From Sulfurimonadaceae bacterium (lineage in GTDB: Bacteria; Campylobacterota; Campylobacteria; Campylobacterales; Sulfurimonadaceae), in NCBI GenBank assembly GCA_041548245.1, contig JBFESZ010000006.1:1-41359 (forward strand): 41,359 bases of DNA, given 5' to 3'. Positions 27,413 through 37,452 of the stretch are shown here, one piece after another. The notes below the pieces were generated by a model. The model saw only the letters and a list, made by a program, of their open reading frames with translations. It did not search any database and was not told where the DNA came from. The first letter of the stretch is position 1. Each line of letters opens with the position of its first letter. A program made the translations under genes and the position numbers.

Positions 27413-29779
27413 ATGATAACTGTCATCAAAAGAAATGGACGAAGTGAACCTTTAGACATTACCAAAATACAAAAATATACATCTGCATCAGTACAGGGGC
27501 TAAGCGGGGTAAGCCAAAGTGAACTGGAAGTAGATGCGCAAATCATGTTTCGTGATGGAATCACTTCGCAGGAGATTCAACAAGCACTTATCAAAACAGC
27601 TGTTGACAAGATTGACATTGATGCTCCAAACTGGACCTTTGTTGCATCACGCCTGTTTCTTTACAACCTTTATCACTGTGTTAACCACTTTACAGGTTAC
27701 TGTAAACTAGAGAAATACTTTGAACGTGGAGAGAAAGAAGGACGTCTTCTTTTGGGACTGCGCGATATGTATGATCTTGATGATCTGGACAAATATATCA
27801 AACCTGAACGTGACCTTCAATTTAATTACCTGGGTATAAAAACACTTTATGACAGATACTTGATCAAAGACAGACAGGGAAATCCTATCGAGTTACCTCA
27901 ACATATGTTTATGGGTATTGCAATGTTCCTGGCACAACGTGAAGAGAACAAACAAGAATGGGCTAAAAAATTCTATGACATGATCTCAACCTTTGAGGTT
28001 ATGTTAGCGACTCCTACGCTATCAAATGCACGTACCCCTCGACATCAGCTTTCCTCATGCTACATCGGATCGACTCCCGATAATATCGAAGGTATTTTTG
28101 ATGCTTATCAAGAGATGGCTATGCTTTCTAAGTTTGGTGGCGGTATTGGTTGGGACTGGACTCAAGTTCGTTCTATCGGTTCTTATATCGATGGACATAA
28201 AAATGCAGCCGGCGGGACTATTCCGTTCCTTAAAATAACAAATGATGTTGCTATTGCTGTCGACCAGCTGGGAACGCGTAAAGGTGCGATTGCCGTTTAT
28301 CTTGAACCATGGCATATGGACATCAATGACTTCCTTGATCTTAAAAAGAACTCGGGTGAAGAACGCCGTCGTGCTCATGACCTTTTCCCATCACTTTGGA
28401 TCAATGACCTCTTTATGAAGCGTGTACAAGAAGATAGCATATGGACCCTCTTCGATCCATATCAGACAAAAGAGCTGACCCTGCTTCATGGTGAGGAGTT
28501 TGAAAAACGTTATATCGAGTTAGAGAACGATGATGATATCTTAAAAGAGCGCATAAAAGCCAAAGACCTATGGAAAAAGATCCTTACATCATATTTTGAG
28601 TCAGGTTCGCCATTCCTGTGCTTCAAAGACAATGCTAACCGTGCTAACCCGAATGATCATTATGGTGTTATCAGAAGCTCTAATCTTTGTACAGAGATCT
28701 TTCAAAACACTAATCCGAACACTTATAAGATCAAACTCAAATTTGAAGATGGCAGCTACCTCTCATATGACGAAGATGAGATTGTAAGAGTTGATAGCGG
28801 CATTGAGAAACCTGCCAATAAAGTCACAGCCCTTGACGCTATAGATGGCAAGCAGATCTTCATCGTAGAAAAAGACCGAATAGATGGAGATACGGCAGTA
28901 TGTAATCTCGCTTCTGTCAACCTTTCACGTATCAATACAAAAGAGGATATTGAACGTATCGTCCCGATTGCAATGCGTGCACTTGACAATGTTATTGACC
29001 TGAACTTCTATCCGGTCGAGAAAGTAAAACGCACCAATCTAAAAAGTCGTTCTGTCGGCTTAGGTGTTATGGGTGAGGCGGAGATGTTAGCATGCCAAGG
29101 TATAGCATGGGGATCTCAAGAACATTTCGACAAGATTGACGAAGTCATGGAAGCGATATCTTATAACGCTATCTACTCATCCAGTGAAAATGCAAAAGAA
29201 AAGGGAAGCTACCCTGAGTTTGAAGGTTCAAAATGGAGCCGCGGAATCATGCCGATGGACCACGCTAACGCAGAGGTCATCAATCTCGTAGACCGTGGAG
29301 GTCTTTTCGCATCGAACTATGACTGGGATGAACTGCGTGAGAAAGTAAAACGTGACGGTATGCGTAATGGTTACCTTATGGCTATCGCACCAACATCATC
29401 GATCTCTATCTTGACCGGTACGACACAAGCCATTGAACCGGTTTACAAGCGTAAATGGTTTGAAGAGAACCTTTCAGGACTTATTCCTGTCGTTGTGCCT
29501 AAACTCTCCCCTGACACTTGGGCATACTATACACCGGCTTATGACCTTAATCAGACGATTCTGATCAAAGCTGCTGCGGTCCGTCAAAAATGGATCGATC
29601 AAGGTCAGAGTCTCAATATCTTTATCACCCTCGATAAAGCTTCGGGTAAATACCTCAATGAGATCTATATGCTGGCATGGAAACTGGGTCTTAAATCGAC
29701 ATATTATCTCAGAAGTCAGTCTCCTGAATCAAGCAATGATGTTGAAGACCGCTCAATGGAATGTGTGGGTTGTCAATAA
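27413..29779 (+). CDS. nrdA: Class Ia ribonucleotide reductase alpha subunit with ATP cone
   Basis: VIKRNG ATP cone, ATPTLSN, QLSSC, SNLCTEI, VCNLAS, AIAPTSSIS, KSTYY, C-terminal CVGCQ. Confidence 0.97.
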   Translation: MITVIKRNGRSEPLDITKIQKYTSASVQGLSGVSQSELEVDAQIMFRDGITSQEIQQALIKTAVDKIDIDAPNWTFVASRLFLYNLYHCVNHFTGYCKLEKYFERGEKEGRLLLGLRDMYDLDDLDKYIKPERDLQFNYLGIKTLYDRYLIKDRQGNPIELPQHMFMGIAMFLAQREENKQEWAKKFYDMISTFEVMLATPTLSNARTPRHQLSSCYIGSTPDNIEGIFDAYQEMAMLSKFGGGIGWDWTQVRSIGSYIDGHKNAAGGTIPFLKITNDVAIAVDQLGTRKGAIAVYLEPWHMDINDFLDLKKNSGEERRRAHDLFPSLWINDLFMKRVQEDSIWTLFDPYQTKELTLLHGEEFEKRYIELENDDDILKERIKAKDLWKKILTSYFESGSPFLCFKDNANRANPNDHYGVIRSSNLCTEIFQNTNPNTYKIKLKFEDGSYLSYDEDEIVRVDSGIEKPANKVTALDAIDGKQIFIVEKDRIDGDTAVCNLASVNLSRINTKEDIERIVPIAMRALDNVIDLNFYPVEKVKRTNLKSRSVGLGVMGEAEMLACQGIAWGSQEHFDKIDEVMEAISYNAIYSSSENAKEKGSYPEFEGSKWSRGIMPMDHANAEVINLVDRGGLFASNYDWDELREKVKRDGMRNGYLMAIAPTSSISILTGTTQAIEPVYKRKWFEENLSGLIPVVVPKLSPDTWAYYTPAYDLNQTILIKAAAVRQKWIDQGQSLNIFITLDKASGKYLNEIYMLAWKLGLKSTYYLRSQSPESSNDVEDRSMECVGCQ

Positions 29780-29782
29780 GAT

Positions 29783-29811
29783 CAGAACCTTCAGGTTCTG
29801 TCTACTTTTTT
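29783..29811 (+). terminator. Hairpin after nrdA
   Basis: CAGAACC-TTCA-GGTTCTG followed by TCTACTTTTTT. Confidence 0.55.
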
Positions 29812-29842
29812 CTCCCAAACTACCTTTCGTCTAAGGACAAGT

Positions 29843-30202
29843 ATGAAACCTTTATTTAAAAACGATCTCTCTGATTTTCTCGAACGTTTTGATGATCTTA
29901 AAGGGGGAGAACTTGTCTCACTGACTGTTATCTCTCCCACAACTTTTAAAATCACTCTAACCGCACAAGATAAAAGCCGTGCCTTTGACTGGGTCAATCT
30001 GAATCTTGAACTCAGTGGCATAAGTGATGCAAAACTTTTGGATGACAAGGCCTTGAAAGCAGTTAATATGGAAGAGGGTGTTAACATTAAATATACCCAA
30101 GAGGGTATACAAGTCGGTTTCGGCTCACAGGAGTATCTCTCTTCTCCTTTACATCTTCAAGCAGATATATTAAAGTTTGAAGAGAGCCCTTTTGCTCTTT
30201 AA
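29843..30202 (+). CDS. Hypothetical protein
   Basis: 119-aa ORF with AAGGA RBS; no functional motif recognised. Confidence 0.8.
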   Translation: MKPLFKNDLSDFLERFDDLKGGELVSLTVISPTTFKITLTAQDKSRAFDWVNLNLELSGISDAKLLDDKALKAVNMEEGVNIKYTQEGIQVGFGSQEYLSSPLHLQADILKFEESPFAL

Positions 30203-30375
30203 TAGTGCTTTTGTATAGATGGATGATCTCTCTGTATCGTCGGATGTTTCATCAAAGCAAAATCAATCTTTTTTAGATAAACCATCATCATCTCTCTGGC
30301 TTCCTGTCTGGTAATATGACCATTCTCAAGTGCATGTCTGATACTACTCTCATTGAGGTAAGTGTTGTTTTTCAT
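30199..30375 (-). CDS. Unannotated 58-aa protein (MKNNTYLNESSIRHALENGHITRQEAREMMMVYLKKIDFALMKHPTIQRDHPSIQKHY)
   Basis: AGAAAGGA RBS 7 nt before the ATG; its stop overlaps the convergent stop of the neighbour; below the 60-aa size of the smallest ORF in the track. Confidence 0.72.
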   Translation of the reverse strand: MKNNTYLNESSIRHALENGHITRQEAREMMMVYLKKIDFALMKHPTIQRDHPSIQKHY

Positions 30376-30534
30376 TTCAGGTTCCTTTCTTCTGGATTCT
30401 TTACTCTTCCAAAAATCAATGTGGAAAAGATGAGCCTGTCAGTAGCTCTGAACAAGTCATTGACTCCTTTGTCAACAACCTCCGTATCTAATCAGCCTTG
30501 CTAGCGCTGACTTGACCTTCCCTGTATTCGTAAT
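30376..30534 (-). ncRNA. Candidate structured cis-regulatory leader RNA with multiple A(N)GGA motifs
   Basis: Three consecutive hairpins closable by a basal helix, a competing helix, GC richer than the flanks, TAAAAT -10 at 30545-30540. I could not match it to a riboswitch class I know. Confidence 0.5.
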
Positions 30535-30890
30535 TGAATATTTTAGAGCTTTTCTGATAATAAAAGGCAGGGATAAAAAAGTCATATCCATTTTCTAAAG
30601 AAGCAGAGAATAAATAAAAAAAAATTATAAATTATTGTTTTCAAACTAACAATAAAAAATAGAGTAAAAATTTGTATTATCGCTATAAGGGAGCCTTGAA
30701 AGGACGAATGTCAAAATCTAAAAAAAGTCTAATAAAAACAGCTTAGTAATAAAGACTAAATAAGGAAGCAATATTACAGCCTTCCCCTTCTAAAAACAAC
30801 CATAAGCACCGAGTTGGGAAATATAGCTTCACTCCTTCCAGACCTTATATACATTATAAATTATTTTTTGGATAAGTTAAAGTAAAGTTT

Positions 30891-30899
30891 TGCTAAAAT
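30891..30899 (+). promoter_or_regulatory. Extended -10 promoter of typA
   Basis: TGcTAAAAT preceded by periodic AT-rich tracts, typical of Campylobacterota RpoD promoters. Confidence 0.65.
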
Positions 30900-30976
30900 T
30901 TCAAAAAAATTAGCAACTCGAGCGATGAGCCGCCAAAAGAAGTTCATTTCATACGAGTGCAACCTCTGGAGCTTTT

Positions 30977-32776
30977 ATGCAAAAAATCAGAAATATCGCT
31001 GTTATCGCACACGTTGACCATGGTAAAACAACGCTAGTTGATGGTCTATTGGAACAATCAGGAACTTTTGGTGATCACGAACAACACGAAGAACGTGCAA
31101 TGGATTCGAACGCATTGGAAAAAGAGCGTGGAATCACTATTCTCTCTAAAAACACTGCTATTCGCTACAAAGACTACAAGATCAATATTATCGACACTCC
31201 GGGCCACGCCGACTTTGGTGGAGAAGTTGAACGTGTCCTAAAAATGGTAGACGGTGTTCTTGTACTTGTCGACGCATACGAAGGGGTTATGCCTCAGACT
31301 AAGTTCGTTGTTAAAAAGATGCTGGGACTTGGCAAAAAACCTATCGTTGTCATTAACAAAATCGATAAGCCATCTGCTGATCCAGATCGTGTTGTAGATG
31401 AGATGTTTGACCTTTTCAGTGCGATGGATGCGACTGACGATCAACTGGATTTCCCTGTTATCTATGCAGCGGCTCGTGACGGAATTGCCAAACTTGATAT
31501 GAGCGAGGAAGACGGCAACTTTGAATGTATCTTTGAGACAATCCTAAATGAGATCCCTGAACCAGAAGGTTCTGCAGACAATCCGGCTCAAGCACAGGTC
31601 TTCACACTGGACTATGATAACTATGTCGGTAAGATCGGAATTTCACGTATCTTTAACGGTAGAATCAAAAAAGGTGATCAAGTCAAGCTAGCTAAAGCCG
31701 ATGGTGAGATGATCAACGGAAAGGTCACGAAACTGATTGGTTTCCACGGACTTAACCGTATGGAGATCCAAGAAGCTGAAGCCGGTGATATTGTTGCGAT
31801 CGCAGGTATGGAAACGGTTGACGTTGGTGACACTATCTGTGACCCTGTCAATCCAGTACCACTTGATCCAATGCATGTTGAAGAGCCAACACTTACAGTA
31901 ACTTTCTCTGTCAATGACTCGCCATTGGCTGGACAAGAAGGAAAATACGTTACTTCAAACAAAATCCAAGAGCGTCTTGAAGCGGAAATGACAACAAACG
32001 TTGCAATGAGATTTGAACGTGTCGGTGAAGGTAAATTCCTTGTCAGTGGTCGTGGTGAACTTCAGATCACTGTCCTCGCTGAAAATATGAGACGTGAAGG
32101 TTTCGAGTTCGGCATCTCTCGCCCTGAGGTTATCGTTAAAGAGATCGAAGGTGTTAAATGTGAGCCATTTGAGCACCTCGTAATCGATGTTCCTGAAGAA
32201 CTTGGCGGTACAGTTATCGAGCGTCTTGGTAAACGTAAAGCTGAAATGAAATCAATGCTACCGATGGGTGAAGGTTTCCAGCGTATCGAATTTGAGATCC
32301 CGGCACGTGGTCTTATCGGTTTCCGCGGTCAATTCCTGACAGATACCAAAGGTGAAGGTGTAATGAACCACTCTTTCATCGAATTCCGTCCATACTCTGG
32401 GAATGTTGAATCACGTCCTTATGGTGCACTTATCTCTACAGAGAAAGGTGAAGCGATGGCATACTCTATCTTCAATCTTCAAGATCGCGGTAGTATGTTC
32501 ATCAAACCTCAGGACAAAGTATATGAAGGGATGATCATTGGTGAGCACTCACGTTCAAACGATCTTTCTGTTAACCCAATTAAAGGAAAACAGCAGTCGA
32601 ATGTACGTTCTTCAGGCGCAGATGAAGCGATCAAACTTGTACCACCACGTGATATGAATCTTGAAAAAGCACTTGAGTGGATCGAAGATGATGAATTGCT
32701 TGAGATCACTCCGGAAAGTGTACGTATCCGTAAACGTCTTCTTACAGAGAACGAACGTAAACGCGCTTCGCGCTAA
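30977..32776 (+). CDS. typA: Translational GTPase TypA/BipA
   Basis: [53 protein letters not shown]. Confidence 0.98.
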   Translation: MQKIRNIAVIAHVDHGKTTLVDGLLEQSGTFGDHEQHEERAMDSNALEKERGITILSKNTAIRYKDYKINIIDTPGHADFGGEVERVLKMVDGVLVLVDAYEGVMPQTKFVVKKMLGLGKKPIVVINKIDKPSADPDRVVDEMFDLFSAMDATDDQLDFPVIYAAARDGIAKLDMSEEDGNFECIFETILNEIPEPEGSADNPAQAQVFTLDYDNYVGKIGISRIFNGRIKKGDQVKLAKADGEMINGKVTKLIGFHGLNRMEIQEAEAGDIVAIAGMETVDVGDTICDPVNPVPLDPMHVEEPTLTVTFSVNDSPLAGQEGKYVTSNKIQERLEAEMTTNVAMRFERVGEGKFLVSGRGELQITVLAENMRREGFEFGISRPEVIVKEIEGVKCEPFEHLVIDVPEELGGTVIERLGKRKAEMKSMLPMGEGFQRIEFEIPARGLIGFRGQFLTDTKGEGVMNHSFIEFRPYSGNVESRPYGALISTEKGEAMAYSIFNLQDRGSMFIKPQDKVYEGMIIGEHSRSNDLSVNPIKGKQQSNVRSSGADEAIKLVPPRDMNLEKALEWIEDDELLEITPESVRIRKRLLTENERKRASR

Positions 32777-32804
32777 AATAACTGAGCCTCGGCTTAGTTA
32801 TTAT
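32777..32804 (+). terminator. Intrinsic terminator after typA
   Basis: AATAACTGAGC-CTCG-GCTTAGTTATT, 11-bp stem with one G-U pair. Confidence 0.7.
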
Positions 32805-33099
32805 GCCTTACGTCCGCTAAACTCTCTTTTTCATACATCTCTATATAATATATTATCTCCATTCTATTTGAATGTGCATACATACTTACACTTAAAACCA
32901 GTAATACAAATAAGATGTCTTTAACCACTTTAGACCTTTCTATAATAAAGAAGTCAACCCAATAACCTTAAACGTTTTTGGTTAATCAACAAGAAACTGA
33001 TTAAATGCTTGTTCTTTTTATTCCTAAAGTCATGCTCTAAATTTAGAGTTAATCTAAGACAATAGAAGAAATATAAGTCTAAGAGGGTAAAAATTCATT

Positions 33100-34530
33100 A
33101 TGAAACTACAAGACCTACAGCTAGAGACATCTTATTTAAAACTCGACCCGGTCTTTTATGACCGTACAACACCAACACCATTGAAGCAACCCTATCTTAT
33201 AAGCTTTAATGAAGAAGCCGCCAAACTTATCGACCTAGATTCCAGCGAAGCCAAGGGTGAGGCATTCATAGATTTTGTGAATGGGAAAAAAACACTTAAG
33301 GGTTCAGAGCCTTTTTCCATGTGCTATGCGGGTCATCAGTTCGGTTATTTCGTACCACGACTGGGGGATGGAAGGGCCATCAACTTAGGTGAGCTTAACG
33401 GTTGGCATCTGCAACTTAAAGGCTCAGGCCCCACTCTCTATTCACGTCAAGGAGATGGGCGAGCCGTCATACGTTCGTCTATCCGGGAATACCTGATGAG
33501 TGAAGCCATGCATGCCCTTGGTATACCTACAACAAGAGCACTAGCTGTGATAGGTTCAGAAGAAGGTGTCGCACGCGAACGCTGGGAAAAAGGTGCAATT
33601 GTACTGCGTATGTCCCCTTCGTGGATACGTTTTGGAAGTTTTGAATATTTCTACTACGCCGATATGCATGATAAACTCGAAACCCTTGCCGACTACGTGA
33701 TACAACAAAGCTTTCCCCACCTGCAGGGCAAAGAGAGCGCCTACTTTTTGATGTATGACGAGATTGTAAAAAATACTGCCGAACTTCTTGCGCACTGGCA
33801 AGCCATAGGTTTTAACCATGGGGTGATGAATACGGACAATATGTCCATTGCTTCACTGACTATTGATTATGGGCCCTATGCTTTCTTAGACTCATATGAC
33901 TTCAACTATATCTGCAACCATACCGATAGAGAAGGGCGCTATTCATTTGGGAATCAGCCCCCTGTAGCATACTGGAATCTATCCATGCTTGCACGTGCTC
34001 TTTCGCCGATATTGAATATTGAACACAGTGAAATGGCCTTGGAAAGTTTCAGTGACTACTTCACAAACAAATATATAGAACTCATGAGAGCGAAACTTGG
34101 ACTTGAAATTAAAGAGAACAGTGATTCAAAACTCATCAAAGATCTATTAGAAGTGGTGGGCTCTCAAGGTGTCGACTATAGTGCTTTTTTTAGAAGATTG
34201 AGTCATTATAACGGTGATAAAACTGACGTGTTAGCATTATGTGAATTTAAAACACCTTTGAGTCAATGGCTGGATGCTTACGATAAACGTCTGCAATATG
34301 AAACAACTCAAAACAGACGAACAAGAATGCTACAAACCAATCCGAAATATGTTTTAAAAAACTACATCCTACAAGAAGCGATAGAAAAGGCAGAAAGAGG
34401 GGATTCAAGCTTGGTCAACGACCTGTTGCAACTTGCACAGAATCCATTTGATGAACATCCAGAATTTGAAAGGTATGCAAAAGTGACACCATCGAACTAC
34501 CAAAACCTGAAACTATCTTGCTCTTCTTAA
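33100..34530 (+). CDS. selO: Protein adenylyltransferase SelO/YdiU family (Cys form)
   Basis: YAGHQFG, LGDGRA, QLKGSG.T.YSR.GDGRA, HGVMNTDN, DYGP; C-terminal LSCSS. Confidence 0.95.
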   Translation: MKLQDLQLETSYLKLDPVFYDRTTPTPLKQPYLISFNEEAAKLIDLDSSEAKGEAFIDFVNGKKTLKGSEPFSMCYAGHQFGYFVPRLGDGRAINLGELNGWHLQLKGSGPTLYSRQGDGRAVIRSSIREYLMSEAMHALGIPTTRALAVIGSEEGVARERWEKGAIVLRMSPSWIRFGSFEYFYYADMHDKLETLADYVIQQSFPHLQGKESAYFLMYDEIVKNTAELLAHWQAIGFNHGVMNTDNMSIASLTIDYGPYAFLDSYDFNYICNHTDREGRYSFGNQPPVAYWNLSMLARALSPILNIEHSEMALESFSDYFTNKYIELMRAKLGLEIKENSDSKLIKDLLEVVGSQGVDYSAFFRRLSHYNGDKTDVLALCEFKTPLSQWLDAYDKRLQYETTQNRRTRMLQTNPKYVLKNYILQEAIEKAERGDSSLVNDLLQLAQNPFDEHPEFERYAKVTPSNYQNLKLSCSS

Positions 34531-34540
34531 AGAAATGTAT

Positions 34541-34575
34541 AACCTGATAATCTCTTTCCGACCTTATCAGGTTTT
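34541..34575. terminator. Inverted repeat between convergent selO and TraB/GumN genes
   Basis: AACCTGATAA-13 nt-TTATCAGGTT followed by TT. Confidence 0.55.
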
Positions 34576-34621
34576 GCCGGAGCAGCCTTATCAACACATA
34601 AATATATAAGTAAAGTGCCAT

Positions 34622-35497
34622 CTACTCTTGAACAATCCTATAACCCCGTTGGCCTAAAAGTTCTACAAGCCCCTCTTTGCCAATAATATGTCCAGAACCG
34701 ACTACGACAAAATAATCATCTTTTGTTTTTAAAAAACCTTCAATCTTATCAGCCATCTTGTAGTTCCTTCTGGTAATGAGATCGTCATACATCGCTTTTA
34801 AATCAGGATCCGTCTTCAATGGTGCATTCATTATCTTCTCAAAAGCCTCCGCATCACCTGTTTTCCATACCATGAACATCTCATCCAGCATAGGTTCCAA
34901 CTCATGCATTGACTCCAGGGTATACAACAAAAGCCTGTCTTGAAACTCTTTGTCATCCTTAGCCAAAAGAGCCATCTGTTCTTCGGCCGTTTCAAGCTCA
35001 ATGACCGGCTTATTCTGTAAATGCGCTTTGTCAAGAAAATGTTTATCGATTCCCAGTTCAGGAGAATAGCCAAGACGTATCATCTCGGAAATAGTAAGCT
35101 GGAGCATAACAACCCATGGTTTCATCTTCTGCATCTGCGGCAAAGACATCCCTGTCTTATACGTATAATGCTCAAGCATTGCATACGTTTTTGACGAAAG
35201 CTCTGTTTGCAGTGTTTTATCCTTAGAGTATACCCCTGCGCTGATCATCGTCTTCTGCATGGTTGTCGCAGAATCTTGACTATATGGGTCTACCTCCACC
35301 ACTAAGACATCACTTGTTTTATAAGCATCAGTAATCGCCTTGTCCAATGGATACAATTGTGATTTTGCCAAATGAATTGAACCTAGGATGTAGACTGTAC
35401 TATTATTGGAAGCGATCTTGTAAAGCAGACTTTTTGCTTCGACTGAAAAAGATAAAATAATAAAAAGGGAAAAAATGTAACGATACTTTTTTAACAT
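34622..35497 (-). CDS. TraB/GumN family secreted protein
   Basis: Signal peptide; YILGSIH, LGID, LET.EEQ, RN..M and FVVVGSGH..G..GL..LL...GY motifs. Confidence 0.9.
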   Translation of the reverse strand: MLKKYRYIFSLFIILSFSVEAKSLLYKIASNNSTVYILGSIHLAKSQLYPLDKAITDAYKTSDVLVVEVDPYSQDSATTMQKTMISAGVYSKDKTLQTELSSKTYAMLEHYTYKTGMSLPQMQKMKPWVVMLQLTISEMIRLGYSPELGIDKHFLDKAHLQNKPVIELETAEEQMALLAKDDKEFQDRLLLYTLESMHELEPMLDEMFMVWKTGDAEAFEKIMNAPLKTDPDLKAMYDDLITRRNYKMADKIEGFLKTKDDYFVVVGSGHIIGKEGLVELLGQRGYRIVQE

Positions 35498-35671
35498 AAT
35501 CAGCCTTCAAAGTGCTCTGTATGGGGATCTTTTTTTATAGACCAAAAGTGTAACAGAAAAAAGTGAAATTCTTTTGTAGTTTAAAGATTAAATAGGTCAT
35601 ACGTCAGTATAATTTTTTAACAAATGACAAGGCGAATATCGTCTAGAACTATACAACGGAAGACAGTTATA

Positions 35672-36691
35672 ATGGATAGAAAAAAGATCTACAACCCCGA
35701 ATCATTAGAGCGTGTGAATGACCGTAAAATATTCGGTGGAAACCCAACAGGAATATTTGAATTAAATAATATCAAGTATCAGTGGGCATACAATCTTTGG
35801 GAAATGATGCTCAATAACACATGGTTTCCAAAAGAGGTCGATATGACCCGTGACGCACTTGATTACAAGACACTTACGGATACAGAGAAGAGGGCTTACG
35901 ATAAGGCCTTGGCGCAACTGATCTTTATGGACTCTCTGCAGACCAACAACCTGATCGACAATGTCAATCCTTATGTCACATCTCCAGAGATCAACCTGAT
36001 CCTGGTTCGTCAATCCTTTGAAGAAGCACTTCACTCACAGTCCTATGCTGTCATGGTCGACTCGATCTCACAAAACACAGATGAGATCTATAATCTGTGG
36101 CGTTCAGATATGAAGCTTAAACATAAAAACGATGCTATTGCTGCTGTCTTTACTGAGCTGACAAGAAATCCGAGTGAGACTAACTTTCTAAAAGCCTGTT
36201 TCGCCAACCAGATTCTTGAAGGTATCTATTTTTACAGTGGATTTGCTTATCTGTATACCCTTGCACGTGCTGGGAAGATGCTTGGTTCTGCTCAGATGAT
36301 CCGTTTCATCCAGCGTGATGAGGTGACACATCTGACACTGTTCCAGAACATCATCAATACTTTAAAACGTGAACGCCCTGACCTTTTTACCGATGAACTA
36401 AAAGACACTGTCTATGCGATGTTTGAAAATGCCGTAGAACTTGAAGTGGCCTGGGGACAATACATAACACAGGGCCAGATCCTTGGTCTGACCGACAGTA
36501 TCCTTGAGCAGTATATAAAATATCTGGCTGACAGCAGACTGGCTGCTGTAGGTTTTGAAAAACTTTACAATGTCGATCATCCAATCAAATGGGTGGATGA
36601 CTTTGCAAAATTCAATGACCAAAAAACAAACTTTTTCGAAGGAACCGTAGCCAACTACTCTAAAGGTTCTTTAGACTTCGACGACTTTTAA
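35672..36691 (+). CDS. nrdB: Class Ia ribonucleotide reductase beta subunit
   Basis: [18 protein letters not shown] (radical Tyr kept), [20 protein letters not shown]...NY; start likely ATG 35672 rather than 35624. Confidence 0.95.
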   Translation: MDRKKIYNPESLERVNDRKIFGGNPTGIFELNNIKYQWAYNLWEMMLNNTWFPKEVDMTRDALDYKTLTDTEKRAYDKALAQLIFMDSLQTNNLIDNVNPYVTSPEINLILVRQSFEEALHSQSYAVMVDSISQNTDEIYNLWRSDMKLKHKNDAIAAVFTELTRNPSETNFLKACFANQILEGIYFYSGFAYLYTLARAGKMLGSAQMIRFIQRDEVTHLTLFQNIINTLKRERPDLFTDELKDTVYAMFENAVELEVAWGQYITQGQILGLTDSILEQYIKYLADSRLAAVGFEKLYNVDHPIKWVDDFAKFNDQKTNFFEGTVANYSKGSLDFDDF

Positions 36692-36726
36692 AAGAAAGAG
36701 TACCCCTCTTTCCCTCTGAGCCTCCT

Positions 36727-37452
36727 ATGAAAAAACGACTTCTGGCAACCCTTCAATTTGAATCCACCAAGAGTTATGAAGAGAACCTGAAAACACTCAG
36801 TGATCTTATCAAAGAGACTCCCGATAATGCCATTGTCCTTGCGCCTGAAGTCTGCCTGACAAACTTTGATTATGAAAATTTCGAGGCGGCTTCAACATTT
36901 TCAAATAAAGCGATGGATAAGCTCCTTGCTTTAAGTAAAAACCGTATAATCGTCCTGAGTGTAATAGAAAAACGTGAAGATGGCAAGTTTTATAATGTGG
37001 CAAAAGTTCTGCATGAAGAAAAAACAGTTCACGAACAATGCAAAAACAAACTTTTCAAACTCGGTGATGAACATAAGTACTTCAGTGCCGGCAGAGATGA
37101 AAAACTCTCTCTTTTTGAGATAGATGGTATCAAACTTGGTCTTATGATCTGTTTCGAACTACGTTTCAAAAACTATTGGCAGGACCTAGAAGGTGCAGAC
37201 ATCATCATGATACCAGCAAGATGGGGAAAAAATCGTTCCGATAACTTCGAGGTCCTTACCGAGTCTCTCGCCATAATGAATCAATGCTACGTTATGGCAG
37301 CTGACGCTTCCAACGAAGATTGCACATCAATGAGCGGTATCATCTCTCCTTTTGGAAAAGCTGCACGTAATGGGAATACTCTTTGCTTATTAAATCCATA
37401 TGATAAACAAGAGATTCGGCGTATGCGTAGATATCTCGACGTAGGGATATAA
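36727..37452 (+). CDS. Carbon-nitrogen hydrolase family protein
   Basis: Catalytic triad context PEV, K..LF and ICFELRF. Confidence 0.9.
   Translation: MKKRLLATLQFESTKSYEENLKTLSDLIKETPDNAIVLAPEVCLTNFDYENFEAASTFSNKAMDKLLALSKNRIIVLSVIEKREDGKFYNVAKVLHEEKTVHEQCKNKLFKLGDEHKYFSAGRDEKLSLFEIDGIKLGLMICFELRFKNYWQDLEGADIIMIPARWGKNRSDNFEVLTESLAIMNQCYVMAADASNEDCTSMSGIISPFGKAARNGNTLCLLNPYDKQEIRRMRRYLDVGI

Noticed and set aside
30316-30504. 62-aa plus-strand ORF in the track
   Set aside because: No RBS; it is antisense to the better-supported 58-aa ORF and its leader.
34516-34575. SelO selenocysteine/SECIS
   Set aside because: The C-terminus is encoded TCT TGC TCT TCT TAA (Cys, no in-frame TGA); the downstream hairpin fits a terminator.
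27413-36691. nrdA and nrdB separated by ~5.9 kb, or an unusual RNR subclass
   Set aside because: Split nrdA/nrdB is common in this phylum, and the metal ligands and radical Tyr are canonical class Ia.
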